Assembly (NCBI GenBank): GCA_029210125.1
Contig: JARGPR010000007.1
Location: 105,008 to 169,007, forward strand
Reading direction: 5' to 3'
DNA: 64,000 bases
Source of the DNA: Pseudomonadales bacterium
GTDB taxonomy: Bacteria; Pseudomonadota; Gammaproteobacteria; Pseudomonadales; JAHRWD01
Every line of letters begins with the position of its first letter. Positions within the stretch are counted from its first letter, which is position 1. Under the pieces are notes generated by a model that did no database searches, had not been told where the DNA came from, and worked only from the letters and a program-made list of their open reading frames with translations. Of this stretch, positions 1 through 9,886 are shown in pieces. The position numbers and the translations under genes are program-made.

Positions 1-78
1 GGAGACTGGATACACGAACTACAATTGAGTGATGTGCTGGTTATTAAACCTAAGTCGGTATTAGCCCAAAAATTCTGA
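1..78 (+). CDS. Possible 3' end of a CDS entering from the left edge (GDWIHELQLSDVLVIKPKSVLAQKF*)
   Basis: Frame 1 is open from base 1 to TGA at 76-78; too short to assign a product. Confidence 0.3.
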   Translation, partial: GDWIHELQLSDVLVIKPKSVLAQKF

Positions 79-291
79 CTTAGATTAGTCGGGCACGAAG
101 AGGTTGCATTTGTGCTAGAGCAGTTAAATAATAATCTACAAAAAAATTATTTAGGTGGCTATGCTCTTCAGAGCTGAGCCTATCAAATGTATTAAACTTA
201 CTCTTTGAGCTCGCGATGTAATTCTGGCATAGCGATTTCGCACTATTGAAGACTGAACCCGCGACATTAATAAAACCCCTAGGACTGCACA

Positions 292-996
292 ATGAGCAAG
301 CTTATTTCAACATATGATGCATTAAGGTTTCCCATACTCCCGAAAAAAACGTACTTGAAGTATCAGGCAAAGCGAGCGACTAATAGGCAAGAACACGAGC
401 TTGCACTACTACCTCATATCGTACCCAGAAACTGTAACGCGATAGACGGAGGGGCACACAAAGGTATTTATTCCTATTACCTCTCCAAACTTTGTCAAAA
501 TGTAGAAGCTTTTGAACCAAACCCCACAATGTACAATTATCTAAAGGCCGCCGTGCCTAAAAATGTAAATACCTATGAAGTTGCACTTTCAGATAAACCC
601 GGACCCGCAACGTTTCACCTTCCAACAAGCCCTGGACGTTTCCATCATACTCAAGGCAGTTTAATGGATGTATCGGGGGACACCGGTGCAGCAACAATTG
701 ATGTCGAGGTTAAAACACTTGATTCTTATCAACTGAGCAATATTGGTTTTTTAAAACTTGATCTTGAAGGATACGAATTACCCGCCCTGAAAGGCGCTGC
801 CAACCTGATCGAACGAGATAGACCTGTTGTTTTAGCCGAGGCCACGGGGATTGGCAGCTCGTCACCGGATGAGTTAGTCGACTATATGCTTGATAGCGGA
901 TATATCGCCCTAGTCTATAACGAAGGTAGATTGCTCCACTATGGTAAAAATCCAAACACTAAAATCACACATAACTGTATTTTTTTGCCTGAATAA
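292..996 (+). CDS. FkbM-family SAM-dependent methyltransferase
   Basis: IDGGAHKG SAM motif I, AFEPNP, and FLKLDLEGYE motifs typical of FkbM/Methyltransf_21. Confidence 0.85.
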   Translation: MSKLISTYDALRFPILPKKTYLKYQAKRATNRQEHELALLPHIVPRNCNAIDGGAHKGIYSYYLSKLCQNVEAFEPNPTMYNYLKAAVPKNVNTYEVALSDKPGPATFHLPTSPGRFHHTQGSLMDVSGDTGAATIDVEVKTLDSYQLSNIGFLKLDLEGYELPALKGAANLIERDRPVVLAEATGIGSSSPDELVDYMLDSGYIALVYNEGRLLHYGKNPNTKITHNCIFLPE

Positions 997-998
997 GC

Positions 999-2045
999 CT
1001 AGCCTTTTTGCTTATCAAAATGTGCACGAATTATTTCCTCAAGAAAATCAAGCAAGGGAGTTATTAACTCCGTGATATTTCGGCCTTCCTTTAACTCTGG
1101 AATAAACATAGCCTGCTGATCAATATAAAATTTAAAACATAAACCTTGAGTTTCAAATTTGTTTAACGCATTTACATATCGTTGGTTTGCCTTATTTTTT
1201 TGTTGATCAATAATTGAAACTGGTTTTTCACTGGCGAAGGCCTCGTTTATCATCGACATGCTATCCGCAGTAACAAACACCTGCTCAGCAGCCCCTAGCA
1301 TAGCAGCTAGCTTCTTTTCTGGTTGCTGATCCCACCAAACGCCATAAGCTAACACCGCCGGAGAAAAGTATGATTGTAAAATGTCTTCACCCTTTTTGCC
1401 TGTTCTTCTTGATGTGGTTAATAGCCAACGAATATTGTATTTACAAGCGGTATAATCAGCCCAAGCAGCTAACCTTTTCCAATCATCTGGCGAGTAATTA
1501 TATCCCGCGCCATCACCACCAATAATCAATGCCCACAGTTTTTCACCTGCAAGTTTATTGTCAGCTATAAACTGACTAGCTTGGCGCTTGATATCATCTA
1601 CATTAATCGTGCTTGGTGAAATATTTAGCACAAAATTAGTTGGCTTCCCTGTTGATTCAAGACTTAAATGCGCCGACATCAAATTAGAATTTAAGCGACG
1701 CGAAGAGCCCAAAAAAACATTTGGGCATTGGTAATAATGTTTGAATAAGATATTGGCAAAGGAGGTGTTACCTCCCATTGAAATGATTAAGGCTGGTTTT
1801 TTTTCAGGTAATGACCACAAACCATAAAACAAAAATAATGCTACCCTTGCTAGCCACTTACAATTTACCACCCAAGGTAAAATCAAACGTGAAACAGCTT
1901 TAGCCCGCAGTTTTACTTCGAGTGTCGAACGTTGCACTTGAAAGCGATTAGCAATCCAGTTGGATAGGCCTAGCGCCTGATTCACATGCCCTGGTATGCC
2001 ATCACTCAAAATCAAAACTTGTAGCGGTTTTTTGTCACTATTCAT
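999..2045 (-). CDS. ELM1/GtrOC1-like putative glycosyltransferase (bacterial mitochondrial-fission ELM1 family)
   Basis: N-terminal SDGIPGHVNQALGL, LIIGGD, TTSRRT and VFVTADSMSMINEA motifs; LPS-cluster context. Confidence 0.8.
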   Translation of the reverse strand: MNSDKKPLQVLILSDGIPGHVNQALGLSNWIANRFQVQRSTLEVKLRAKAVSRLILPWVVNCKWLARVALFLFYGLWSLPEKKPALIISMGGNTSFANILFKHYYQCPNVFLGSSRRLNSNLMSAHLSLESTGKPTNFVLNISPSTINVDDIKRQASQFIADNKLAGEKLWALIIGGDGAGYNYSPDDWKRLAAWADYTACKYNIRWLLTTSRRTGKKGEDILQSYFSPAVLAYGVWWDQQPEKKLAAMLGAAEQVFVTADSMSMINEAFASEKPVSIIDQQKNKANQRYVNALNKFETQGLCFKFYIDQQAMFIPELKEGRNITELITPLLDFLEEIIRAHFDKQKG

Positions 2046-2051
2046 GGCTTT

Positions 2052-3077
2052 CTATTTAGTGTCTTCAATGGTTTGCAAGTACACTTGATGTGTTTGGCTA
2101 ACCATATTAGCCACCGTTAAGGTTTTCTGAGCCCATGTAAAAACCGACTCCATTCTTTGCTTGGTTTGCTGAAGATCAGACAAGCACACTTTAAGTGTAT
2201 TTGATAATTCCAGAATATTATTCACTGGCACAAGATGTGGTTCAGGGAGTGTTTCTTCAGCACCAGCAACGCGAGTAGAAACAACCGGCAACTGAGCAAG
2301 TAAAGCTTCTGCCAAAGCATAACTATAACCCTCCCTATGTGATGAAAATACCAACAAATCAACCGCTTTAAGAACCGACCTTACGCCTTGGTAAAAACCA
2401 GCTAATTTAATCCTGCCCTCAAGGTTTCGTTGTTCAATTAGATCGGCCAATTTTTCTTTTTCTGGGCCGTCACCAAAGATAACTAATTGCCCAAAGTCGG
2501 TGTTCCATGCATTAATTAAATTATCAAAAGCTTTTGTAGGAACAAGCCGCCCAACGGCAATAGATATAGGCAAAGAGGAATCAAGATTAAAGTTTGTTGC
2601 CAGGTCAGCACGCGTCAAGTATTCGCCATGAAATGGCTCCATTCCATTGTAAACAACGTGAAGCTTAGGATGTTTAAGGTTGGCAACCACCCCTTTGCTA
2701 ACGCCTATAACAGCGTCCATGTTATTGAACATCGCCCTTGAACGTTTTTGGTTATGAATGGTCGCAATTTTCAAACCATCAACTAAACCACTGATCGAGG
2801 CCAACATAGCAACAGCCTTGTTAGCTTGCGCATGAATAATATCAGCATTTTCATGCCTAATAACTGTGGCCAGCTTGAATAACGTTAGCGGGTTTCGACG
2901 TGACTTACTTAAGTCTAAGCAGTGGTATTGAACAACATCATCAAATCGATCAGCATATTTTTCATGACCAATAGCTACCACATCCACACCAAGTTTAGCT
3001 AAGCCATTTGAAAGCTCAACAAAGTGATTTTCAAGCCCACCTTCTTCATCGCCGGCCATAACCTGAATAACTTTCAT
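2052..3077 (-). CDS. Glycosyltransferase family 4 (GT-B)
   Basis: GGLENHFVEL N-terminus, VGRLVPTKAF, and SSHREGYSYALAEA (E-x7-E) motifs. Confidence 0.9.
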   Translation of the reverse strand: MKVIQVMAGDEEGGLENHFVELSNGLAKLGVDVVAIGHEKYADRFDDVVQYHCLDLSKSRRNPLTLFKLATVIRHENADIIHAQANKAVAMLASISGLVDGLKIATIHNQKRSRAMFNNMDAVIGVSKGVVANLKHPKLHVVYNGMEPFHGEYLTRADLATNFNLDSSLPISIAVGRLVPTKAFDNLINAWNTDFGQLVIFGDGPEKEKLADLIEQRNLEGRIKLAGFYQGVRSVLKAVDLLVFSSHREGYSYALAEALLAQLPVVSTRVAGAEETLPEPHLVPVNNILELSNTLKVCLSDLQQTKQRMESVFTWAQKTLTVANMVSQTHQVYLQTIEDTK

Positions 3078-3108
3078 TAAATTTGATTCCCGTGATTACT
3101 GGGCAGCA

Positions 3109-3927
3109 TTACTTATTAAATCCACGACGACCCCGAGTGAGGCGCAATTTAAAAGCATACGAATTATCTTTACCACTCACTTTCAAACGCTTTAAGCGAA
3201 AATTATTGCGTTTCAGGTTTGTGTCAACACCGTTTTCTGTAGTCACCGCATTGCTAAAACCGTTATCTGCAACGATTTTGCAATCTTGTTCATCAAAGAT
3301 ACCAAAGGGGTAAGCAAAGGATTCCACTTTCACCCTAAATTTTTCTTCTAGCTGAGATTTGGATTGTTCAATTTCAAAGAGTTTTTGCTGCAAATCTAAT
3401 GCTTGAAGGTTGGCGTGACTAAGGGTATGTGCGCCTAATTCGAACACACCGGAACCTAACATTTCCTGTACCTGCTGATCAGTTAATTTTGGTTCCTGCA
3501 TGAGTTCACCTGATGAGTGATGAGTCTTTTTATTGGTTGACCAATCGTTATTAACCCTATCCACAACTAAATACAGTGTCGCCTTAGCGTGATATTTCTT
3601 TAATAGTGGGAATGCATGCGTGTAGTTATCTTCAAAGCCATCATCAAAAGTAATGGCAACTGTTTTTTCAGATAATTCAATGGAGTCATCAAATAACGTC
3701 GACATGGTTACAAATTCCCAACCATTAGCCTTTAGCATCGCCAACTGACGTTCAAAATTACGTGGGCTAACACGAAGACCATTGAATTTTGTACCGGGAA
3801 TTGCTTCACGTATCATGTGATACATTAGTATTCGTGGATACTTGTAATCGATGGTCTTAGCCCACCAAGCATATTTATGACTGATAACCAAAACAAATAA
3901 CAGTAAAAGTAATGCAACCCAAATCAT
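3109..3927 (-). CDS. Membrane-anchored polysaccharide deacetylase (CE4/NodB-like)
   Basis: N-terminal TM helix, RILMYH, ITFDDG, GAHTLSH and FAYPFG motifs. Confidence 0.9.
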   Translation of the reverse strand: MIWVALLLLLFVLVISHKYAWWAKTIDYKYPRILMYHMIREAIPGTKFNGLRVSPRNFERQLAMLKANGWEFVTMSTLFDDSIELSEKTVAITFDDGFEDNYTHAFPLLKKYHAKATLYLVVDRVNNDWSTNKKTHHSSGELMQEPKLTDQQVQEMLGSGVFELGAHTLSHANLQALDLQQKLFEIEQSKSQLEEKFRVKVESFAYPFGIFDEQDCKIVADNGFSNAVTTENGVDTNLKRNNFRLKRLKVSGKDNSYAFKLRLTRGRRGFNK

Positions 3928-4129
3928 CTGGCAGCCCTTGGCTGGTTCATCAGCCCGTCGTAGAAAGCTATTATTTTGTCGATCATACTGACCGGCAAGA
4001 ATAAGCCATTTTGGCTAATTGCGCGAACCCAATTTTGAGTGAATCACTTGAACAGTCAGCTTATAAACCCAAATAAACAGCCAAAGTTTCAAGTAGGGAA
4101 TTTTTATAGCCTGGGTAAGTTCATCGGGT

Positions 4130-4325
4130 TTTGAGGCGTAGCGCTCTGCCTTAACTAAATACCGAGCTAGAGCTAGAGCTAGGAGGCTCCGCAATACAGC
4201 AACCATGCTCAAAATAAACATGAAGTTAAAAAATATGCACATATTTGCCTGGAATTTATTGGGTGAGAATACCCATGTTGCAAAACCAATAGCCGACGTC
4301 ATACCAGCGAATACCGGTGAACCAA
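4130..4325 (-). pseudogene. Degenerate copy of the 3' end of the MMPL/RND transporter gene at 9887-12223
   Basis: Translates FAGMTSAIGFATWVFSPNKFQANMCIFFNFMF...ALARYLVKAERYASK versus FTGMTLAIGVGTWVFSPIKFQADMGILLTFMF...ALARYLVKPERYVGKS in the intact gene; no upstream body. Confidence 0.8.
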
Positions 4326-4593
4326 AAGAGATCGCGGCTACTATTGAAAAAGCGGTGCTGGAACGCTTGGAAACCACAACTAATGAGCAGCCAAGAAAAA
4401 GTTATGAACGCTACTTTTCTAACCATCAGGTTAAACAGGTACTAATTGATATATTGTCTTCGTAAACTGATAGTTATCATATCGGCATCGTCGAAAACCA
4501 TTGTAGATTGGCGTTGCAAGAGCATATCGACGCTTTCAGTCAATCCGCTATAGATATTGGCAATACGGTACCGACTGGTCACGGGGTTGTACT

Positions 4594-5337
4594 ATGCTGC
4601 AGGACACACCAACAGATAAAAACCCGACTAGCAACGATGCTGTTTTTCGTGTTCGAGGGTTAACCAAGAGCTATCAAATGGGTGAGGTGCAGGTAGATGC
4701 ACTGCGGGGTATCGACCTTGATCTACATCGGGGGGAATTTACGGTTCTGCTTGGTGCTTCGGGCAGTGGTAAATCAACTTTATTAAATATTCTGGGTGGT
4801 CTGGATACACCGACCACAGGCTCTGTGTACTACCGTGAGCATGATATAACCCATGCGAACGAGGCAGAACTAACTGAATACCGGCGTGATCATGTTGGTT
4901 TTGTTTTTCAATTTTATAACCTAATTCCTAGTCTCACTGCACTCGAAAACGTTGCCGTAGTTACCGAGATCGCGAAATCCCCCATGAAACCCGAAGAAGC
5001 GCTGGCGCTTGTTGGCCTGCAAAACCGGATGCATCACTTCCCTGCCCAGCTTTCCGGTGGTGAGCAACAAAGGATTGCAATCGCCCGCGCCATTGCCAAA
5101 AAACCAGAGGTTTTATTATGCGATGAACCCACCGGCGCACTTGATTCAAAAACTGGAATTGTGGTTCTAGAGGCCCTTCAACGAATCAATCAGGAGCTTG
5201 GCACAACTACCGCTGTCATTACTCACAATGCCGGCATTGCGCAAATGGCAAACCGTGTTGTCCATTTGGCAGACGGCCTCATTAGCAGAATTTACACTAA
5301 TGAGTCACTCGTCAGCCCCGATCAGCTGAGCTGGTAG
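4594..5337 (+). CDS. ABC exporter ATP-binding protein (MacB/LolD-like)
   Basis: Walker [17 protein letters not shown] signature, [11 protein letters not shown] Walker B. Confidence 0.95.
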   Translation: MLQDTPTDKNPTSNDAVFRVRGLTKSYQMGEVQVDALRGIDLDLHRGEFTVLLGASGSGKSTLLNILGGLDTPTTGSVYYREHDITHANEAELTEYRRDHVGFVFQFYNLIPSLTALENVAVVTEIAKSPMKPEEALALVGLQNRMHHFPAQLSGGEQQRIAIARAIAKKPEVLLCDEPTGALDSKTGIVVLEALQRINQELGTTTAVITHNAGIAQMANRVVHLADGLISRIYTNESLVSPDQLSW

Positions 5338-5342
5338 CACAC

Positions 5343-7712
5343 ATGTTAGCAATGGATAAAAAACTTTGGCGCGAGCTTTGGGCAATGCGCTCTCAGGCCC
5401 TGGCCATCGCAATGGTTATTGGCAGCGGCGTAGCCATTTTTATCATGTCCCTCAGCGCACTTGATTCTCTATATGAAACTCGAGAACGCTACTACCGTAG
5501 CCACCATTTTGGTCAGGTATTTAGCTCGCTCAAACGTGCACCACTGGCTGTAATCAAACATATCGAAGAGATTCCTGGTGTTGATAAGATCGAAACCAGG
5601 GTGATCTCTTATGTCACTCTTGATATAGAGAATTTTGATGAGCCGGTGAGCGCCCATTTGTTATCACTACCTGGCTCTGGCTCTGGCTCTGGGCTACTGA
5701 ATCAGATCTATCTACGTGATGGCCGCCTGATTGAATCCGGTCGGGATAATGAAATTATAGTCGCTGAAAAATTTGCTCAGGCCCATGGCCTGAAGCCCGG
5801 AGCCAAATTGGCAGCCATCATTAACGGGCGACGAAAAATACTTACAGTGGTTGGCCAGGCTCTTTCGCCTGAGTATATCTACCAAATAGCCCCAGGTGCC
5901 ATATTCCCTGATCATCGGCGCTACGGAATTTTGTGGATGGCACGTAAACCCCTGGCGAGTGCCTATGACATGGATGGCGGTTTTAACCACATAACCCTGA
6001 CACTCGCTAAAAACAGTAACGAACAGGATGTTATTGATCATCTCGATGAGATCCTTAAACCCTATGGTGGCGTCGGAGCAATTGCCCGAAAGGATCAACT
6101 TTCAAATCGCTTTTTGTCCGAAGAACTCAAACAACTTAAAACCATGGCGACAGTATTCCCCATCATATTTTTTGGTGTCGCCGCATTTCTTCTAAACGTG
6201 GTTGTCAGTAGGTTAATCAGCCTGCAAAGGGAGCAGATTGCGGTACTAAAGGCCTTTGGATACAGCAACTCTGAGGTGGCGTGGCATTATATTAAGCTGG
6301 TGTTAATGATTGTATCTGTGGGGGTAATCGCTGGCATTGGTACAGGAATCTGGATGGGCAATGCACTAAGTAATCTCTATACCGAGTTCTTTAGTTTTCC
6401 CTATATGATCTATGTGCTCAAACCACAGGTAATCGTGGCCGCTGCGGTAATGAGTATGGTCGTTGCGATTGTCGGTACATTATATTCGGTACAGAGAGCC
6501 GTCAAATTACCTCCGGCTCAAGGGATGCGCCCAGAGCAACCAACACTTTACCATCGGATGCTAATTGAGCGGTTAGGCCTGCAGCACTGGTTTGCGCAAC
6601 CAGTTCGAATGATTATTCGACATATTGAACGGCGTCCGGTTAAGGCGCTTCTAACGATTATTGGTATCAGTCTCGCCTGCTCGATCATCATGGTCAGCGG
6701 CTTTCAAAAGGGCGCCATCGACTACATGATTGAAGTGCAATATGGTATTAGCCAGCGTGAAGATCTTATCGCAATTTATACTGAGCCAGCCCCCCAACGT
6801 TCACTCTACTCACTTCGCAATATCCAGGGCGTTGAGCATGTCGAAGGGTTTCGCATCGTACCTGCCAGATTGCAGTTTGAACACCGATCCTATCGCACCA
6901 CCATCAATGGTATTCAACCTCAAAGCCATTTGTTACACCTACTGGATACCAAGCTGAATAAAATAGAAATCCCACCACAAGGTGTCGTGTTAACCGACTA
7001 CCTGGCAAAGCAACTACAAATCAAACCTGGTGAACTATTAGATGTCGAAATTCTGGAAGGCAACCGGCCAACTGTACAGGTACCCATGGTAGGCACCGCT
7101 AAGCAATATCTCGGTTCAAACGCTTATATGCAGGTTGAAGCACTCAACCAACTACTAAAGGAGGGCAATGCAATTTCCGGCGCCCGGTTAAAAGTCGATA
7201 ATCGATATCAGCAGCAAATCTATACCGACCTCAAAAATATGCCTCGCATTGCAGGTGTAGTTGAACAGCGCTCATCGATCCGGGCTTTCTACGATACGAT
7301 GGCTCAAACTATATTATATTTTACTGGGATCTCTACCCTACTGGGTGCCGTCATTGCATTTGGCGTGATCTATAACAGTATGAGAATAGCCCTATCCGAA
7401 CGAAGCCGTGAGTTAGCAAGTCTACGGGTATTGGGATTTAGGCGTACAGAGGTTGCGTACATTTTATTGGGAGAACTCGCACTGCTGACCCTGATTGCAA
7501 TCCCGATTGGCTGGGTATTTGGTTATGGGTTAAGTTTTTACATGGCACTTCAATTTGATAGCGATCTGTATCGAGTTCCGTTAAAACTAAACCTGAATAT
7601 TTATGCCTCTGCAGCCCTGGTAATCATTGTCTCGTCACTGATCTCATCGGCAATGATCTGGCGTAATCTATCCCATCTCGATATGGTAGCGGTACTTAAA
7701 ACTAAGGAGTGA
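5343..7712 (+). CDS. ABC exporter permease (double FtsX/MacB-type)
   Basis: Two FtsX-like units (QREQIAVLKAFGYS; ERSRELASLRVLGF); operonic with the ATPase. Confidence 0.9.
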   Translation: MLAMDKKLWRELWAMRSQALAIAMVIGSGVAIFIMSLSALDSLYETRERYYRSHHFGQVFSSLKRAPLAVIKHIEEIPGVDKIETRVISYVTLDIENFDEPVSAHLLSLPGSGSGSGLLNQIYLRDGRLIESGRDNEIIVAEKFAQAHGLKPGAKLAAIINGRRKILTVVGQALSPEYIYQIAPGAIFPDHRRYGILWMARKPLASAYDMDGGFNHITLTLAKNSNEQDVIDHLDEILKPYGGVGAIARKDQLSNRFLSEELKQLKTMATVFPIIFFGVAAFLLNVVVSRLISLQREQIAVLKAFGYSNSEVAWHYIKLVLMIVSVGVIAGIGTGIWMGNALSNLYTEFFSFPYMIYVLKPQVIVAAAVMSMVVAIVGTLYSVQRAVKLPPAQGMRPEQPTLYHRMLIERLGLQHWFAQPVRMIIRHIERRPVKALLTIIGISLACSIIMVSGFQKGAIDYMIEVQYGISQREDLIAIYTEPAPQRSLYSLRNIQGVEHVEGFRIVPARLQFEHRSYRTTINGIQPQSHLLHLLDTKLNKIEIPPQGVVLTDYLAKQLQIKPGELLDVEILEGNRPTVQVPMVGTAKQYLGSNAYMQVEALNQLLKEGNAISGARLKVDNRYQQQIYTDLKNMPRIAGVVEQRSSIRAFYDTMAQTILYFTGISTLLGAVIAFGVIYNSMRIALSERSRELASLRVLGFRRTEVAYILLGELALLTLIAIPIGWVFGYGLSFYMALQFDSDLYRVPLKLNLNIYASAALVIIVSSLISSAMIWRNLSHLDMVAVLKTKE

Positions 7713-7716
7713 TTGA

Positions 7717-8925
7717 ATGCTTAGCTCGTTACGAAATCACCCGGTGCTAGCACTAATGATTCCGTTGATTGCTGGTCTGTTGGTGTGGGGGTTTTGGCCT
7801 CGTCCGGTCCTGGTCGAAGCGATTACGGTTAGCCGAGGACCTATGGCCGTCACCATTGAAGAGGAGGGTCGTACTCGAGTTATTGATCGCTATCTGATAT
7901 CAGCACCCGTGAACGGTATCACCTGCCGCCAGCAACTTAATGTTGGTGACAGCGTCGAAAAAGATCAGATACTACTATCAATTACACCATTGCAATCCCA
8001 GGTTTTAGATCCACGCAGTCGAGCCCAGGCTAAGGCGAAAGTATCTGCCGCTCAATCCGCACTGCGCGCAGCTAACGAGCGTGCCAACGCAGCCGAAGCA
8101 GCCGAGCAGCTCGCACTGGATGAGCATAAACGCCTTCAACCTCTCGTCGAACAATCGCTAATCTCACGTGATGTTTTTGATAGAGCAACTACCGAAACGA
8201 AAACCAGTGCCGCCGCCAGGCGTTCCGCCGATTTTAACGTCGAGGTAGCACGTTATGAGCTTGAGGCTGCGCGAACGGTAGTTGAATACTCCGGGGCGGC
8301 AGCCGATGATTTGCAAGTGGAGAAGGTTGAGATACGCTCCCCTATTAATGGGCGAATTCTCAAAGTTAAAAGGGAGTGCGAAGGGCCGGTACAAACCGGT
8401 GAGCCATTGCTGGAGATCGGTGATCCCACTGCGCTGGAAGTAGAGGTGGATCTGCTTTCAGCTGATGCAGTAAAAATAAAACCAGGGATGAGGGTGCTCT
8501 TTGAACGCTGGGGTGGTAACCAAACCTTAAAAGGCATTGTGAATACTATCGAACCCGTGGGTGTTACCAAAATATCTGCACTTGGGGTTGAGGAACAGCG
8601 CGTACTGGTAATATCTGAATTCACATCAGCTAGCGAACTTTGGAACCGACTTGGGGATGGCTATCGTGTTGAGGCACGTTTCATCTTATGGCAGCAAGAC
8701 CAGGTATTACAGATTCCAGCAAGTAGCCTATTTCGCTACAACGAAGGTTGGGCAGTATTTGTGATTGATATGGGGCGGGCTAAACGACGTATGGTCAAAA
8801 TTGGGAAACGTAACGGCTTAACTGCCCAGATCATCGGGGGCATTAAAGATGGTGAATCTGTTATCAATCACCCGAGTGATAAAGTTGAAGAAAATCGTTC
8901 CGTGAAAATTCGCAACTATTTATAA
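7717..8925 (+). CDS. Efflux periplasmic adaptor (HlyD/MFP family)
   Basis: N-terminal TM, lipoyl halves (ISAPVNG, IRSPINGRIL), helical hairpin, KISALGVEEQRV motif. Confidence 0.9.
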   Translation: MLSSLRNHPVLALMIPLIAGLLVWGFWPRPVLVEAITVSRGPMAVTIEEEGRTRVIDRYLISAPVNGITCRQQLNVGDSVEKDQILLSITPLQSQVLDPRSRAQAKAKVSAAQSALRAANERANAAEAAEQLALDEHKRLQPLVEQSLISRDVFDRATTETKTSAAARRSADFNVEVARYELEAARTVVEYSGAAADDLQVEKVEIRSPINGRILKVKRECEGPVQTGEPLLEIGDPTALEVEVDLLSADAVKIKPGMRVLFERWGGNQTLKGIVNTIEPVGVTKISALGVEEQRVLVISEFTSASELWNRLGDGYRVEARFILWQQDQVLQIPASSLFRYNEGWAVFVIDMGRAKRRMVKIGKRNGLTAQIIGGIKDGESVINHPSDKVEENRSVKIRNYL

Positions 8926-9027
8926 CGATAATATTCAAGCAACACGCTATTTTATTCAGGCTATTTACTTAAATGAATTTAATTACAATCTCACCCATCA
9001 TTATGTGCAGCGGTACCCACAAGAAAA

Positions 9028-9680
9028 TCAGTTCCTCACGAAAGGGACGAAGCTGACTTCGAGGATTTTTTGAGTTTGTACTGAATCGTCAGCTCCCTTA
9101 ATAACCAACATCAATTCCTGCGCACCCCACTGCTCTCCAACTGGAATAACCATTCTACCAGTTGGTTTTAACTGAGAAATCAATGGAGTCGGAATTTTAG
9201 GCGCAGCTGCTGTCACGATAATGCCGTCATAGGGTGCAAAATCAGACCAGCCATTGTAACCATCCCCCACACAAACATGAACGTTGTGGTACCCCAGAGA
9301 GGCAAGCGTTTCGCTGGCTTTTTTTGCCAGCTCAGGAATTACTTCAACTGAATAAACTTCTTTAACCAAATTGGACAACACGGCAGCTTGATAGCCAGAA
9401 CCCGTACCGATTTCCATAACTTTATGATCTGGCCGGGTATCCAGGAAATCAGTCATCAGGGCTACGATGTAGGGTTGCGATATCGTTTGAGAGTGACCAA
9501 TTGGCAGTGGTCGATTTTGGTAGGCGTTAGCGCGCTCTGCAGGTGGAATAAATTTTTCCCTTACTACATCCGGAGCGCTCTCATTACTTCATCTGAAAAT
9601 CGTGCCCTACCGGTAGAGTTGGCGGTATATTTTATATCTTGCTCAATATCTTTAATGAGCTGCTCAATTGCCAATTTCAT
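9028..9680 (-). pseudogene. pcm: Protein-L-isoaspartate O-methyltransferase with a 1-bp frameshift near 9570
   Basis: ATG at 9680 reads MKLAIEQLIKDIEQDIKYT...VMRALR then stops; the shifted frame gives DVVREKFIPP...PLPIGHSQTISQPYIVALMTDFL and EIGTGSGYQAA. Span is 653 bp, one base short of a multiple of 3. Confidence 0.85.
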
Positions 9681-9838
9681 AGTTCTACACTCTTAGCTCT
9701 ACCTTGCTGGTTTAAACTTTGAGTAAATGGGCTGTAGCAGGTTGAGTCTATCAAATGAGCGATAACTTTTATTGCGGATCATCAAGCAATTTCCAAGTTT
9801 CCCATGATGTTCTATTTTTTGTAACCTCAGCATATTAA

Positions 9839-9874
9839 AAATAAAAAACCCCGCATAAGCGGGGTTTTTTATTT
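9839..9874. terminator. Rho-independent (likely bidirectional) terminator after the RND gene
   Basis: AAATAAAAAACCCCGC-ATAA-GCGGGGTTTTTTATTT perfect 16-bp inverted repeat with A/T tails, 12 bp past the stop at 9887. Confidence 0.9.
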
Positions 9875-9886
9875 CAAGGGTAGCTA

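Noticed and set aside
4015-4465. ORFs 4015-4377 (-) and 4205-4465 (+) as real genes
   Set aside because: The first is the RND 3' remnant with random flanks; the second is its antisense shadow.
9388-9696. 102-aa plus-strand ORF
   Set aside because: Antisense to the frameshifted 5' half of pcm.
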